Position numbers and translations under genes: made by a program
Assembly: GCF_964194155.1 (NCBI RefSeq)
Contig: NC_135892.1
Location: 10,106,001 to 10,170,000 of the forward strand
DNA length: 64,000 bases
Origin: Cetorhinus maximus
Lineage: Eukaryota
Reading direction: 5' to 3'
Shown here: one piece after another, positions 49,071-62,099 of the stretch
How positions within the stretch are numbered: position 1 is the first letter of the stretch
Layout of the letters: every line of letters starts with the position of its first letter
The notes under the pieces: model-generated
The model's database searches: none
What the model saw: the letters and a program-made list of their open reading frames with translations, nothing else
What the model was told of the DNA's origin: nothing

Positions 49071-49362
49071 TTGTTTAAAACCTGACTGTGCAGATATATA
49101 TCCTAAAGTCTGGATGCAGGAACTCCCAGTGTAGGGGGTGCCTACACCCTTCCCGGCAGTAGTATTGTTTGGGTAAGGCAGTAGATCCATCTTCAAATAA
49201 AGCCACTTGAAATTAATAATTATCATAGCCATGTTTACAACAACTGCTGCTTTTATGTATACAGCACCTTGAATATAGCTTCATCAGGATTATCAATCAA
49301 AATTTGACACTGAGCTGCATATCAGGATAGATGATCAAAAGCCTGGTCAAAGAAGTATCCAT

Positions 49363-50039
49363 GGGGAGAATTTTCTCTCCATCGGGCGGGCCGGCCAGGA
49401 GCGGGCGTGGAGCCGATCACCGCCCACAATCGGCTGCGTGCCGCCATTTTACATGGGCAGGCCAATTAAGGCCCGCCCAGCGTGACGTGCACCCGGTAGT
49501 GCTCAGCGCTACCTGTGCGGGCAGGGGGAGGAGGGAGAGTCAGGGCCTGCGCTTTCACGCATGCGCGCGAAACAACGCAGACATTTCCCTGAGGCACGGA
49601 GCTGCCTCGGGGATTAAGTTCAAGTTCAAACCTCAAAATAAAAAATGTTAAAAAATCATTTATACATGCCCTCTCATGTGACAGCATCACAGGAGCTGGG
49701 ACATGTTTATCAAATATTTAATAAATATTAATTTAATAAACCATGAAACCTCATCCCGCCTGTTGATGAGGTTTCATGAAAAACGCAAAGGCCGCATGGG
49801 CTCTTCGCCTGCCCGACAACCTTAAGGTTGGACGGGCAGCCCTGTCGAATTGCTTAATTGGTTTATTAATGGCCTTAACAGGCCTTTGACAGTTCGGCAG
49901 GTGCGCAGCCGACTCTGGTGCGCGCCTGCCGAACGAAAGATCGGAATGACGTCGGGACACACGCCCAACGTCACCGCGCTTCATTTTATGTGTCAGCATG
50001 CGGGGCCCGCCCCCGCACGCCGAACAGAAGATTCTTCCC
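49363..50039. mobile_element. MITE family A copy 5 (inside decayed L2 sequence)
   Basis: TIRs GGGGAGAATTTT...AAGATTCTTCCC; TSD CAT/CAT. Confidence 0.85.
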
Positions 50040-51612
50040 CATGTTACAGAGACAGAAATAGACGGATTTGGTGATTATGTGGATATGAAGAGCTCATCGT
50101 GTGCCAGACATGACAAGAAGCTTGTGAGCGGTCTGGGTCAGCCTCTGACTGTTGTTGGGGAGATGGATGGAGTAGGCAGCTAAGAAATGGAGTTTGTGGC
50201 AGGTACCAAAGACAATACTTAGTTGGAGGAAATTTCTGCTCGTCCAGTACTGGAGTCTGATAAATCAGAGACAGTGCTTCTAACAAACAGAAATTCTACA
50301 AATCAGTTGCTTTATTAGCTATTTTTAAACATTATTATTCTTTTTGGATTTTTGTATGAAAACCCTCAGCTCTGGAGCCAAAGCAAACCAATTAAAACAG
50401 CAGCTTGATCAAAGGGTATTGGCATCAGGCCTCTATTAATACATTCTCATACTTAGAAATCTCCATCAGGTCATCAGAATGGATAGAGGATCTGTTAATA
50501 TTGTCTTCTTCAAATATGAAAAGGGGAGGTAGAATACTTTCAACATGTGCTATTAAACATGTGAAATTAAGGATTAGGCCTTCTTACAATTTAGACTGAA
50601 CTGATAGCTGGATCCCAAGCCAGATGGTGAAGTGAGAAACTAGATGCAAATCCTTTTCTTGATAGTTCAGTTATTTACAGAGTGCAGCCTTATGTACGTC
50701 TGCCTCCTATCTACTAACACCCAGTATCCCAGCAGTCTCTCTTTATAAGTGCTCTAAGTGCTCAATTAAACAATGCCCTTTATCTGTTTGTCTTAACAAT
50801 ATAGTTCGCATACCTTTAACATGAACTTGGCACCATTACAGGAAGATTCAAGGAGCTTTGTTAAAAAAATAGGTACCGAAAACTATATTTTAAAGCATTT
50901 CAAAGCATTTTCTGTTGAATTCAAGCCTATATATAACAACTTATATTTATATAGCATCTTTAACATAATAAAACACCCCAAGATGCTTATGCACTTTAAG
51001 ATCAAGATAAGGGAGATGTAATCCACTGTGTTAAATATTCACAGTATTGTTTGTATAAAATCAAAGCTACATTACTAGCATGTTTAATTCTTTTTACCAA
51101 GAGCTAGATTATTGTTCTCAAATATATTTCAGTCTGCCATCAAAGTGTTGGCCTGTTATTTTAGAATCAGTATTGGAGTTTTATAAAAAAAAAAATAGGT
51201 TTTTCATTTGTGTAGCATTTTTGTCCTGTTTTGAAACCAGAAAAATTAAATCAAATGTCATGGATATTTTCCACCAAATTTTTCTGATTAAATATTGAAC
51301 AATAAATCTTCAATAAAGAGACTGGCTCCTTCAGTGGTATCCATAACAACAATAGCAGTGTTTCCCAGAGGAAAAGCTTCAGATGATTGTATTTTTCATG
51401 TCTCCAACTTGTCTATTATTTAACACCTATTCCTAAGCCCAGCAGTCACAGAGAGGATGTCCAGCGGTGTGTTGCATTCCAGTATACTGACAGAATTCAT
51501 TTCAGACAAAAATGTGTGGCTTCGCCTCTGGGATTCAAACAGGTGGAGCAGCTGTAGGTAAGTTAACCGGTCAGCCAAAAATGGAGGTAAAATCAGAGGA
51601 TGAGTCACCTTG

Positions 51613-51990
51613 TTTTTTCCTTTATTTTTTCATGGGATGTGGGCGTCGCTGGCAAGGCCAACATTTGTCGTCCATCCCTAATTTTCCTTGAACTGAGTGG
51701 CTCGCTTGGCTATTTCAGAGGGCAGTTAAGAGTCACCCACATTACCATGGGTCTAGAGTCACATGTAGGCCAGGCCAGGTAAGAGCGGCAGATTTCCTAA
51801 AGGACATTAGTGAACCAGGTGGGTTTTTACAATAATCGATGATAGTTGTCATGGTCGCCATTACTGCGACTAGCTTTACATTCCAGATGTATTAATTGAA
51901 TCCAAATTCCACCAGCTGCCGTGGCGGAATTTGAACCTGTATCCCCAGGAGATTAGCTTGGACCTCTGGATTACTAGACCAGTGGCATTA
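51613..51990 (-). mobile_element. SINE-B, near full length
   Basis: Tail to tRNA-like head (GAATTTGAACC B box on the minus strand). Confidence 0.8.
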
Positions 51991-52237
51991 ACAACTTGGA
52001 AGTTCCCCTCCAAGCCACTCACCGTCCTGACTTGGAAACATATCGTTGTTCCTTCACCGTCGCTGGGTCAAAATCCTGGAACTCCATCTGTAACAGCACG
52101 GTGGGTGTACCTACACCACATGGACTGCAGCGGTTCAAGAAGGCAGCTCATCACCATGTTCTCAAGGGCAATTAGGGATGGGTAATAAATGCTGACCTAG
52201 CCAGCGGTGCCCACATCCTGTGAATGAATAAAAAAAA
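51991..52237 (+). mobile_element. LINE-B 3' fragment
   Basis: Ends GCCCACATCCTGTGAATGAATAAAAAAAA. Confidence 0.8.
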
Positions 52238-52479
52238 GGCCACCTGGCTCCCAGCCACAGGATAAGGAGCAACATCAGATAATGTTCAAGAGAAAATTAC
52301 CTTCCTGCTTCATGAGCCAGGTATGAGAACATAGAGGAGAAAGTTCATTTTTTTGAGCTCATCAATTTTCTGTTTTTTTGGCCCCACTCCTCAGGTATCC
52401 AGAGTTACTCACTGGCTGAGTAGCAGGCGACCTCCTTAGGCCTTGCCAGTGTTTCTTTTAACTGATTGCTTGTTCACCT

Positions 52480-52650
52480 ACATCAGCTTCCAGTTCAGCA
52501 ATGCCTCAATTTTAAAATTCTCGTCCTTTTCAAACCCATCCCTCTCCCTCCCTATCTCTTAATCTCCTCCAATCCTATAGCCCTCCAAGAGCTCTGCGCT
52601 CCTCCAATTCTGGCTCTTGCACATCCCCAATTTTAATCACTCCACCATTA
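52480..52650 (+). mobile_element. L2 fragment
   Basis: TTTAAAATTCTC...CTCTGCGCTCCTCCAATTCTGG, as in 60820-61270. Confidence 0.6.
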
Positions 52651-52929
52651 GCCTCAGGACTCTGCTGGGACAACACCTAAGAAACTGTAGTAACTTGATT
52701 TCATTCTTTTACCAATTTTGACATCTGAAGTGTCAACCAGGTAAATGTGCAACACAGGGCTACTTGCATGCCAAACAGCAGAAGCAGCATTCAATAGATA
52801 GAGCTAAGCGATCCCACAATCAATAAACCAAATTAAAGCTCTGCAGTCCTGCCACAACCATCCAGTCGTGAATGGTGGTGGATAATTAGACAATTCACTG
52901 GACGAGGAGGCTCCACAAACATCCCCATC

Positions 52930-53219
52930 CAGCAGGAGCCCTGCTGAGAGACACGCCCTGCCCTCGCTCTCCAGTGGCATTGCCATTCAATAGAGCTACC
53001 GGCGTCTGATTGGCTGGCAGCACTCAGCGGGCAGGACCTCTGCCACTGGGGTCCTTGATCCTGAACGAAGGCTCACCACTGGCCTGTCAAGTGCCTGAGC
53101 GGCACATGATGTGGGGGGGGGGCCTTCCCGCAAAGAGGGGATGAAGGGGCCTTGCAGGCTCTCCAGCCGGCAGCCAAGACCACCCCTCCCCACCCCATTG
53201 CCTCCATAAGATTCCGCCC
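52930..53219. mobile_element. Partial MITE related to the family C ends
   Basis: GATTGGCTGGCAGC motif resembles 5500-5530; ends AGATTCCGCCC. Confidence 0.45.
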
Positions 53220-53558
53220 AATGTTATAAGCATGAAGTCTGTCTTTAAGTATCAGTGAAATGCAGAATATGTTTACCACATGCCAATCATGTAGTACCTT
53301 GGTTCAGTAATTTTGCTGTGAGGCAGCACTTGTCAACCACTCTGCTCATGCACTGCACATTGGGCAGCAGTGGAAATCCTGGGTCAGCAGTTAGCCAGTG
53401 ATACCGGAAACTCCAACAATGATCTATAATTACAAATGTTCCCTGCAACCCCTGGTCAGAATAGGACTGGAACTATAAAAGGTGCCCGCCTGTGTTTTAT
53501 ACCTGGTGCTTTCCTTTGAGCTCACTCTATACCCTGACTGAACACAGGTCCAAAGGAT

Positions 53559-53677
53559 AAAAGCAAAATACTGCGGATGCTGGGAATCTGAAATAAAAAC
53601 CGAAAATGCTGGAAAGGTCCAGCAGCATCCGCGGAGAGAGAAGCAACGTTAACGTTTCGAGTCCGGATGACCCTCCT
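53559..53677 (-). mobile_element. Mini Penelope-derived element
   Basis: 15-bp TSD ACAGGTC(C/A)AAAGGAT (53544-53558/53678-53692); 5' end lies inside the hammerhead core (..GGGTCATCCGGACTCGAAACGTTAAC). Confidence 0.8.
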
Positions 53678-54099
53678 ACAGGTCAAAAGGATTAGTGCAC
53701 ATGGGACTGTAGCAATGCATAAAATTAGCTCTTTTATTGCAGTCCATTTTCGTGGAAATTCATTCACTGACATAACTCCCAAGGTCTATTTGCATTGTGG
53801 CCTGAAATGACTTTCTGTCTGGTTGTTGGGACTGCCTCAGTACAGCTGTATACATCTACTGTGTGGACGAAGACATGGGGGTTTTACAAAACTCTGCCGA
53901 TGATCACTTGGGGCTTTTGCAGGGCTCGAGAGTTGGAGAGTTGGAGCAGTCCCGTTTAGCCCACAGCAGCAGCGCCTTTGTGACTTCAGCCAGAGAGACT
54001 CTAAAGCCAGTATAGCACTGCGCCAAGGCGTGCAGGGTCTTATATCTTCAGAGCTGGATGAGGAGGAAGCTGCATTCTGACAGTCTGCTCACATCTCTG

Positions 54100-54530
54100 G
54101 AGGGGGGGGGGGACTCTGGATGCAAACCCCCCTCCCCTCCCTACTGTGCAACTTGAAACGCAGGCAAAGTGCACCGCTCAGCAGCCTCTCGCTGTGGCCA
54201 ACACTCCAGATCATTGCAAAGAGCCGGGCGAGGGAGCTGCCTTCAATCAAGTCGTGGTGCAGCTTTCTCCATTTTAAAACCTTGCCCCTTTCCAGGCCAC
54301 TTCCGTGCCCCAGCAATGTCTTATCACGGCCGGACTGACACCCCCCCACCCCCTCCCCTCTCCTCTCCGGCGCGCCGCTCGCTGGGCGCTGTGTGTCCGG
54401 TGCTGGGTGTGTTGTCTGCTCCGTCTTTTGTGTCGGGTCAGCTCTCCTGAGCGGGGGGGTGTCACACTGAGAATCAGAGATGCAGCGTGAGAGAGACAAA
54501 CACAGACATATGGGGGCCACCTGTCAGCAA
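54100..54530. promoter_or_regulatory. Non-repeat GC/CpG-rich segment, candidate promoter or enhancer
   Basis: Local CpG cluster not matching window repeats; ETS (CACTTCCG 54298), GATA (CTTATCA 54320) and E-box (CACCTG 54518) motifs. Confidence 0.4.
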
Positions 54531-55229
54531 GCAGACTAATACAGGAGAACCACCCATTCGCTATAGCATCATCGCGCCTGGGTGTTTGTTAAATAGTGGA
54601 AGGTGAAAACAACATCCTTTGTTTAATCAGACTAAGAAAAGTCCCTTCTTTGTAAAACAATTTAACAAAAAGATCGAATTTGCACACTTGGGTAATAGTG
54701 TCAGCCCTTGGTGTTAGTTCTATTGCCCTTGGACTTTGACTTCAGATAATCAGGTGATACAGCATTCAGACCAAAGCGGGGTATATTTATTACCCCACTG
54801 CATTGGAATGCTGTTCATAATTAAAGGGGCAGAGGGGTCCAAGTGGGTGTTCAGTTCAAAGCACTGCCCCCTTTTCTAGAAGAAAATGATAACACTATCA
54901 AATGACACTCTTTTTAAAACAATCGTGCTTCTTGAGTGGGCCCATCTCATCTCTGATCCACTCCAGTGACACTCAATTAGAGTGTCTCTATGAATCCCAG
55001 AGTTAACAGCATTGCAAATAGCACTCGGTGTAATGCCAGCGTTCACCCCCTTGACCTTGGCGTATCATGCTAAGTGTTGGGAAAAACTGTTTGTCATTTT
55101 ATTGTGACCCCGGCTGTACATAACTTGAGCCTCGTCACTCGCTACAGAGCAATTCTGGATGTCACCTTGGCAGTCTGGCATGGAGAAAGGGGTGGCAGAG
55201 TGGTAGGACTTGGGTGTCACCAGAATACA

Positions 55230-55620
55230 CAGGGAAAGCTGACCCCCCCCATGTCTGCGAATGTATTCGCCAAGGCCTTACATATGGATGAGACAGAAGG
55301 GAGAGGGGTGCCAGGGATTGATCAAGAGGCATTGGTCAAAGGGCCGGAGGTGAAGCTATTTCTACAGGTGACCTGTGTATGTTTGGATTGGTAAGGGCAG
55401 AGCCAAGAGAAGACAGTCCCATTTATCTGGGATATTGGAGGAGGCCAGTGTGGTCAACAGTATTGAAACCTACAAAGAGTAGGAGGAGAGTGCATCACAG
55501 TTCAATGCACAGAGGCCTGATTCAAGAGACTCCCCAAAGGAACAGCAGCAGAGAATGTCATGGATTTTCTAGGTGATAGCACCTTGACTGGCAGCTTGCT
55601 CTTGAATTTCAGAGCCACGT
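55230..55620 (-). mobile_element. Old L2 RT fragment
   Basis: GTGGTCAACAGTATTGAAACC reads FNTVDH on the minus strand (AFDTVDH motif). Confidence 0.5.
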
Positions 55621-56064
55621 ATTTGAATTCTGTTTGCCCTAATAAAACTTGCAATGTATTTGTCAGCCTGTCTTGTTCAGATTGGCTCGGAGGTCTATCG
55701 TCAGTGTTCCCTGTCAGTTGCATGGCCACTCAGCAATCGGAAAGTTCCAGTACACAAGTCTGCCCCCTTAAGTTACCATGTGTGTGCTGAAAAATTTAAA
55801 GGGGCAAATTGCTGTGGACATCAAAAGAAAATTAGAGGGTATGTTGTATGTCGCTATCACAGAAAGACAGATTCTCTGGAAATCAGCAACAAATCACCAT
55901 GTAAAATTTAATGTTCAACAGACTTTGTGGTCTTCACCACCTGGGCAATAATCTCAGAACAGGTAAGCCACCTTTGATAGGACCCGCCTGATCTTCATCC
56001 CACTGGTTTCAGAGGATTGAAAATCAGACATGTTCTACAAAGAGAAAGGACCCAACCTGGCCCT

Positions 56065-56250
56065 GTGTTTTTTTTTATTCATTCATAGGATGCGAGTGTC
56101 GCTGGCTAAACCAGAATTTATGGCCCATCCCTAATTGCCCTTGAGAAGGTGGTGGTGAGCTGCTTTCTTGAACCACTGCTGTCCATGTGGTGTAGGTACA
56201 CCCACAGTGCTGTTAGGGAGGAAGTTCCAGGATTTTGACCCAGCAACAGT
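56065..56250 (-). mobile_element. LINE-B 3' tail fragment
   Basis: CCCTAATTGCCCTTGAGAAGGTGGTGGTGAGCTG. Confidence 0.75.
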
Positions 56251-56532
56251 TTGGTGCAGTTTATGTTGTAACAGCTGTGACTGCTCTGCCTTCTGAGAAG
56301 AGTTAGTTAAGCCTGGTGCGTCTGAACATACAAAGTTTATCCTTACTTCTGTTCATGGCCTTACTTGCTCTTTAATAAATCTCTTTGGAGGTTTCAGCAC
56401 TGCACATTTCTGTACTTGTACTGCTAACTTAGTCCATGAGCTAGAACCCAGCTGCATCAATATAGGTCGGCAGCCTGAGTACACATACTGCAGGATGTCC
56501 TTTAGGTTTATTGCTAGCATTTGCATTTCTTC

Positions 56533-56965
56533 TGTCTGCTGTGGCTCAGTTGGGAGGACTCTCGCTTCTGAGTCAGAAGGTTGTAGGTTCAAGTTCCCAG
56601 AGATGTGGACACAAAAATCAAGCCCAACACTTGCTGTGCAGCACTGAGGGAGCGCTGCACTGTCGCTCAGATGAGACATTGTGCTGAGGCCCTGTATGCC
56701 CACTCAGGTGGACGTAAAAGATCCCATGGCACTATTTTGAACAAGGGCAGGGAATTGTCCCCTAGTATTCTAGTCAATGTTTATCCCTCAATCAACATCA
56801 CAGAAAACAGATTGTTTGTGGGAGTTTGCTGTTGTCAAATTGGCTGCTGTGTTTCCTATATTACAACTGAGACTACACTTCAGAAAAAAACTCCTTCATT
56901 GGTGGTAAAGCTTTAGTTTAGGATGAACTGGTCGTGGACTGCGTTATGTAAATATAAGTCTCTTT
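56533..56965 (+). mobile_element. SacSINE1-like SINE
   Basis: A/B boxes and GGACGTAAAAGATCCCATGGCAC core. Confidence 0.8.
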
Positions 56966-57039
56966 TTTTCTACTGCTGTAACTCCAGCTTTGAATAGGAA
57001 CCAACAACAACTTTTCTGTCAAAGAAAAGCTTTACGAAT

Positions 57040-57968
57040 TTTTCTTTTAGTTTTTCATGGGGTGAGCATCATTGGCAAGGTCAACATTTTTTGCCCATCC
57101 CTAATTGCCCTTGAGAAGGTGGTGGTGAGCTGCATTCTTGAACTGCTGCAGTCCATGTGGTATAGGTACACCCACAGTGCAGTTAGGGAGGGAGTTCCAG
57201 GAGTTTGACCCAGCGACATTGAAGGAACGGCGATATATTTCCAAGTCAGGGCAGTGTTTGGCACGGAGGGGAACTTGAAGGTGTTGGTATTCCCATGTGT
57301 CTGCTGCCCTTCTCCTTCTAGGTGGTAGAGTGTGCGGGTTTGGAAGGTGCTGTCTAAGGAGCCTTAACGAATTGTTGCAGTGCATCTTGTAAATGGTACA
57401 CAGTGCTGCTATTGTGCGTCAGTGGTGGAGGTGGTAAAAGTTTAAGGTGGTGAATGGGGTGCCAATCAAGTGAGCTGCTTTGTCCTGGATGGATTTGAAC
57501 TACTTGAGTGTTATTGTAGCTGCACTCATCGAAGCAAGTGAAGCATATTAAATCACACTCCTGACTAATGCCCTGTAGATGGTGGACAGGCCTTGGGGAG
57601 TCAGGAGATGAGTTACTTGCTGCAGAATTCCCAGCCTCTCAACTACTGTTGTAGCCACAGTATTTATATGGCTAGTCCAGTTCAGCTTCTGGTCAATGGT
57701 AACCCCCAGGATGTTGATAGTGGGTGGTAATGCCATTGAATGTCAAGGGGCGATGATTAGATTCTCGCTTGTTAGAGATGGTCATTGCCTGGCACTTGTG
57801 TGGAGCAAATGACACTTGCCCCACATCAGTCCAAGCCTGGATATTGTCCAGGTCTTGCTGCGTATGGACATGGACTACTTCAGTAGCTGAAGAGTCATGA
57901 ATGGTACTGAACATTGTGCAATCATCTGATGGAGGGAAGGTCATTGATGAAGCAGCTGAAGAAGGTTA
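57040..57968 (-). mobile_element. LINE-B (CR1/L2 group) RT C-terminus and tail; continues at about 60316-60425
   Basis: DDCT...QQDLDNIQAW..QVSFAPHKCQAM; ILGVTIDQKLNWTSHI; interrupted by CR1. Confidence 0.85.
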
Positions 57969-60312
57969 GGAACATAAGAGTAGGAGTAGGCCATTCAGCC
58001 CATTGAGCCTGCTCTGCCTTACATTATGAACATGGCTGATCATTCACTTCAATGCCTTTTTCCCACACCATCCCCATATCGCTTTATGTTATTGGCATTT
58101 AGAAATTTGTCAATCTCTACTTTAAATTTATTCAATGACTGAGCTTCCATAGCCCTCTGGGGTAGAGAATTCCAAAGATTCACAACCCCCTGATCAATAG
58201 AAAAAATTCTCCTCATCTCAGACCTAAAATTGTGCCCCCTGGTTCTAGACTCACCAACCAGGGGAAACATCTTACCTGCATCTACCCTGTCTATTCCTTT
58301 AAATATTTTGTAGGTTTCAATGAGATCACCTCTCATTCTACGAAACGCTAGAGAATACAGGCCCTGTTTCCCCAATCTCTCTTCATAAGACAGTCCCGCC
58401 GTCGTTGGAACAAGTCTGGTGAGCCTTAGTTGCACTCCCTCTACAGCAATAGCAACCTTCCTAAGGTAAAATGACCAAAACTGCACACAGTATTCCAGGT
58501 GCGGTCTAAGCAAGGTTCTGCACAGTTGAAGCAAAACTTTGTTACTCCTTGGGGCAGGATTTTTCAGTCAGTGTGCGGGGGCGAGCCCAACACACCGACG
58601 CATAAAACGACGCGCAATGATGTCGGGCGTGCGCCCCAATGTCATTGCGATGGTTTGTTCGGCGGGCGTGCGCCAATATGTAAATAGCCTATTAAGGCCA
58701 TTAAGAAAGTAATTCATGTCATGAGTAACGCTGCCCGTCCAACCTTAAGGTTGGCGGGCAGGCGAAAAGGCCAAGCGGCCTTCACGTTTTTTAGGAAACC
58801 TCATCCACGAGCGGGACGAGGTTTCCTAAAGCTTCTATTAAATGAATAAAACAATTTCCCGAAATATAAAAACATGTCCCATCTCATGTGACACATTCAC
58901 ATGGGGGGGACATGTTTAAATAACTTTTTAAATCCTTTATTTGATTATTTTAATATCGATTCAATTTCCCTGAGGCAGCTCCGTGCCTCGGAGATTGAAT
59001 CGCTCTTTCGCGCGCTCATGCGGAAAAAAGCGCTGGCCCCAACTCTCCCTCCTACCCCCGCCCGCACAGGTAGCGCTGAGCACTATGGCACGCGTATTAC
59101 GCTGGGTGGGCCTTAATTGGCCCGCCCTCGTAAAATGGCGGCACAGAGCCGATCGCGGGTGGAGATCGGTTCCACAACTGCTCCCGCCAAGTCTGCCCGC
59201 CGCCTGAAAAATTCAGGCCCTGTACTCAAATTCTCTTGCAATAAAAGCTGACATTCCATTAGCCTTACTAATTGCCTGCTGCACCTGCATGTTAGCTCTC
59301 AGTGACTTATTGATGAGGTCACCCAGGTCCCTGTGTACATCTACACTTTCTAATCTCTTACCATTTAAGAAATACTTTGCGCATCTGTTCTTCCTACCAA
59401 AGTGAATAACCACACATTTTTCTATATTATTGCATTTGCCATGTTCTTGACCACTCACTAAGTCTGTCCAAATCTTCTTGAAGCCACTTTGCATCTTCCT
59501 CACAACACACATTCCCACCTAGCTTGGTGTCATCAGCAAACTTGGAAATATTACATTTGGTCCCCACATCCAAATCATTGATATATATTGTGAACAGCTG
59601 GGGCCTGACAACTGATCCCTGCGGTATCCCACTAGTCACAGCCTGGCAACCTGAGAAAGGCCCGTTTATTCCTATTCTCTGTTTTCTGCCTGTTAGTCAA
59701 TCCTTAATCCATGCCAGTATATTACCTTCTATCCCATGTGCTTTAATTTTGCTAACCAACCTCCTGTGGGGGACTTTATCAAAAACCTTCTGAAAATCCA
59801 AGTATACTACATCCAGTGACTCCTGTTTATCAATTCTGTTAGTAACATCCTCAAAAAACTCCAATAGATTTGTCAAACATATTTCCCAATCATAATTCCA
59901 TGTTGACTATGCCCAATCAGATCATGATTATCCAAGTGTCCATTTATCACATCCTTTATAATAGATTCTAGCATTCTCCCTACTATTGATGTAAGGCCAA
60001 CAGGTCTATAGTTCCCTGTTTTCTCTCTCTCTCTGTTCTTAAATAGTGTAGTGACTTTTGCTACCTTCCAATCTGCAGTAACCATTCCAGAATCAATAGA
60101 ATTTTGGAAGATAATCACCAATGCATCCACTATCTCCATAGCAACCTCTTTCAACACTCTGGGATGTGGACCATAAGGTCCCAGGGACTTATCAACCTTC
60201 AGTCCCTTTAATTTCTCCACTACAGCCTTCTTGATTTTCTTCAATTCTTCATTCTCCCCAGTCCCTTAAGGTATCTCTAATTCTGAGAGATTTCTTGTAT
60301 CCTCCTCAGTGA
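57969..60312 (-). mobile_element. CR1 LINE, 5'-truncated, containing MITE A copy 6
   Basis: KSLGPYGPHPRVLKE, NYRPVGLTS, SGIPQGSV..LFTIYINDLD, KFADDTKL, LEYCVQFWS. Confidence 0.92.
58552..59219. mobile_element. MITE family A copy 6
   Basis: TIRs GGGCAGGATTTTT...AAAAATTCAGGCC; TSD TTG/CTG; inside CR1 ORF2. Confidence 0.85.
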
Positions 60313-60819
60313 AAATCGGGCCTGGGACACTGAGGGAATTCCTGAAGAGATGTCCTGGAGCTGAGATGATTGATCTCCAACAACCACAACCATCTTCCTT
60401 TGTGCTAGGTATGATACCACCAGTGAGGAGTTTATGCCCTTAATTTAGGGACAAAGCCTTCAATTGTTCCCTAACAAACCAGAACACTGTTAACATCACG
60501 TGAGCACAGTAAGTTACATTGTAACTTAAGTCCCAGGAGCAATTTTAGAAGTGTAGGCAAAAGTTTTAACCCTTAACAAGACAACACAAGCTTGTTACAC
60601 ATTTTCACATGATTAACATATTTTCCAGCTCTAATATGCAGAGCACATTAGTTTCCTATATTTATTTATATGTTAGAAAAATATTGCAATCTTTAATTGT
60701 TAACAGTGCTTTTTTGTTCTTTAACATGTGTAACTGTGTACAGGCGATGCCCGTTGCATTTCTGTAATTTCAAAGGAGATCAATTACCTCCCTGTAGTTT
60801 CAAGTTCCTAACTTGCACT

Positions 60820-61270
60820 AAGTCTCGTTTACTCATCATCCCCTTCCTTGCTGACCTACATCGGCATTTGGTTTGACACCGCCTCATTTTTATGAATTCT
60901 CACCTTTGTTTTCAAATCTCTCCATGGCCTGGCTCTTCCCCATCTCTGTAATTTCCACCAGCCCCACCACCCTCTGAGATCTCTGCACTCCTCTAATTCT
61001 GGCCTTTTGCGTACCATCTATTTAATTATTCCATCCTTGGTGGCTGCACCTTAAGCTGTCTGGCCCCTAACCTCTGGAATTTCCCCCCCACCCCCAAACC
61101 TCTCTGCCACTCTTCTTTTACGATGCCTCTTAAAACTTACCTCTCTGACCAAGCTTTTGGTCACCTGGCCTTTAATCTCCTTATGTGGCTTGATTTTGTC
61201 TGACAACAGTACTGTGAAGTGTCTTGGGATGTTTTATTATGATAAGGTGCTATACAACTGCAAGTTGTTT
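60820..61270 (+). mobile_element. L2 LINE 3' fragment with tail
   Basis: TTCAAATCTCTCCATGGCCT...GGTGCTATACAACTGCAAGTTGTT. Confidence 0.8.
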
Positions 61271-61630
61271 TTTTCGCTCGTTCATGGGATGTGAGCTGCA
61301 AGGCCAGCATTTATTGCCCATCTCTAATTGCCTTTGATAAGCTGGTGTTGAGCCTCCTTCTTGAGCTGCTGCAGTCCCTGTGGTGTAAGTACATCCACAG
61401 TGCAGTTAGGGGGGAAGTTCCAGGATTTTGACCCAGCAACAGTGAAGGAACAGTGATATAGTTCCAAATCAGGATGGTGTGTGGCTTAATTAGAGGGGAA
61501 CTTGAAGGTGGCAATGTCCCCATGCATCTGCTTCCCTTGTTCTGCTAGCTGGTAGACATCGTGGGCTTGGATGGTGCTATCGAAGGGGTCTTAGTGAGTT
61601 GCTGCGTTATCTTATAGGTGGCACACATTG
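61271..61630 (-). mobile_element. LINE-B 3' fragment
   Basis: Collinear with 57040-57410. Confidence 0.75.
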
Positions 61631-62099
61631 CACCAGCTGAAGCACCAATTGCGTACCTGTCGAAATGGTTCAGTCAGCCATATGTGCAATGCAGTGCAGG
61701 CTCTGGCCTGTTACAGTATTTGTTAAAATCACTTTTGCCAGCATTACATTGGATTTAGAGGCAGAAACTCTACACTGCAGGAGTCTTTCACTTGTTTGGA
61801 CTGTAATGTGTTGTGTTAGTAAGTACCTGGTCGTTATGACTCATACTGCAGAATCAATGAACTGAACTTTATTTGCCTTCAACCTCCACCTCCACCAGTC
61901 ATTGATTACAGATTAATGTTACAGTCAAGGCTGTACTCTGTGTTTCCTGATCCTAAGTAGAAGACACAGATATGGAGAAAGGCCAGAAAATGTTGGAAGT
62001 GCATTGTAAGTTAGGTAGTTAGCATTTGGAAAAGAACATTTAACATTTTGGGAGGAAGTTATATTCAATTTATCTAGTACCTTGTTTAAACCACACATA

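Noticed and set aside
54089-54520. 143-aa minus-strand ORF in the GC-rich patch
   Set aside because: Non-ATG start, no recognisable domain; open frames on both strands are explained by GC content.
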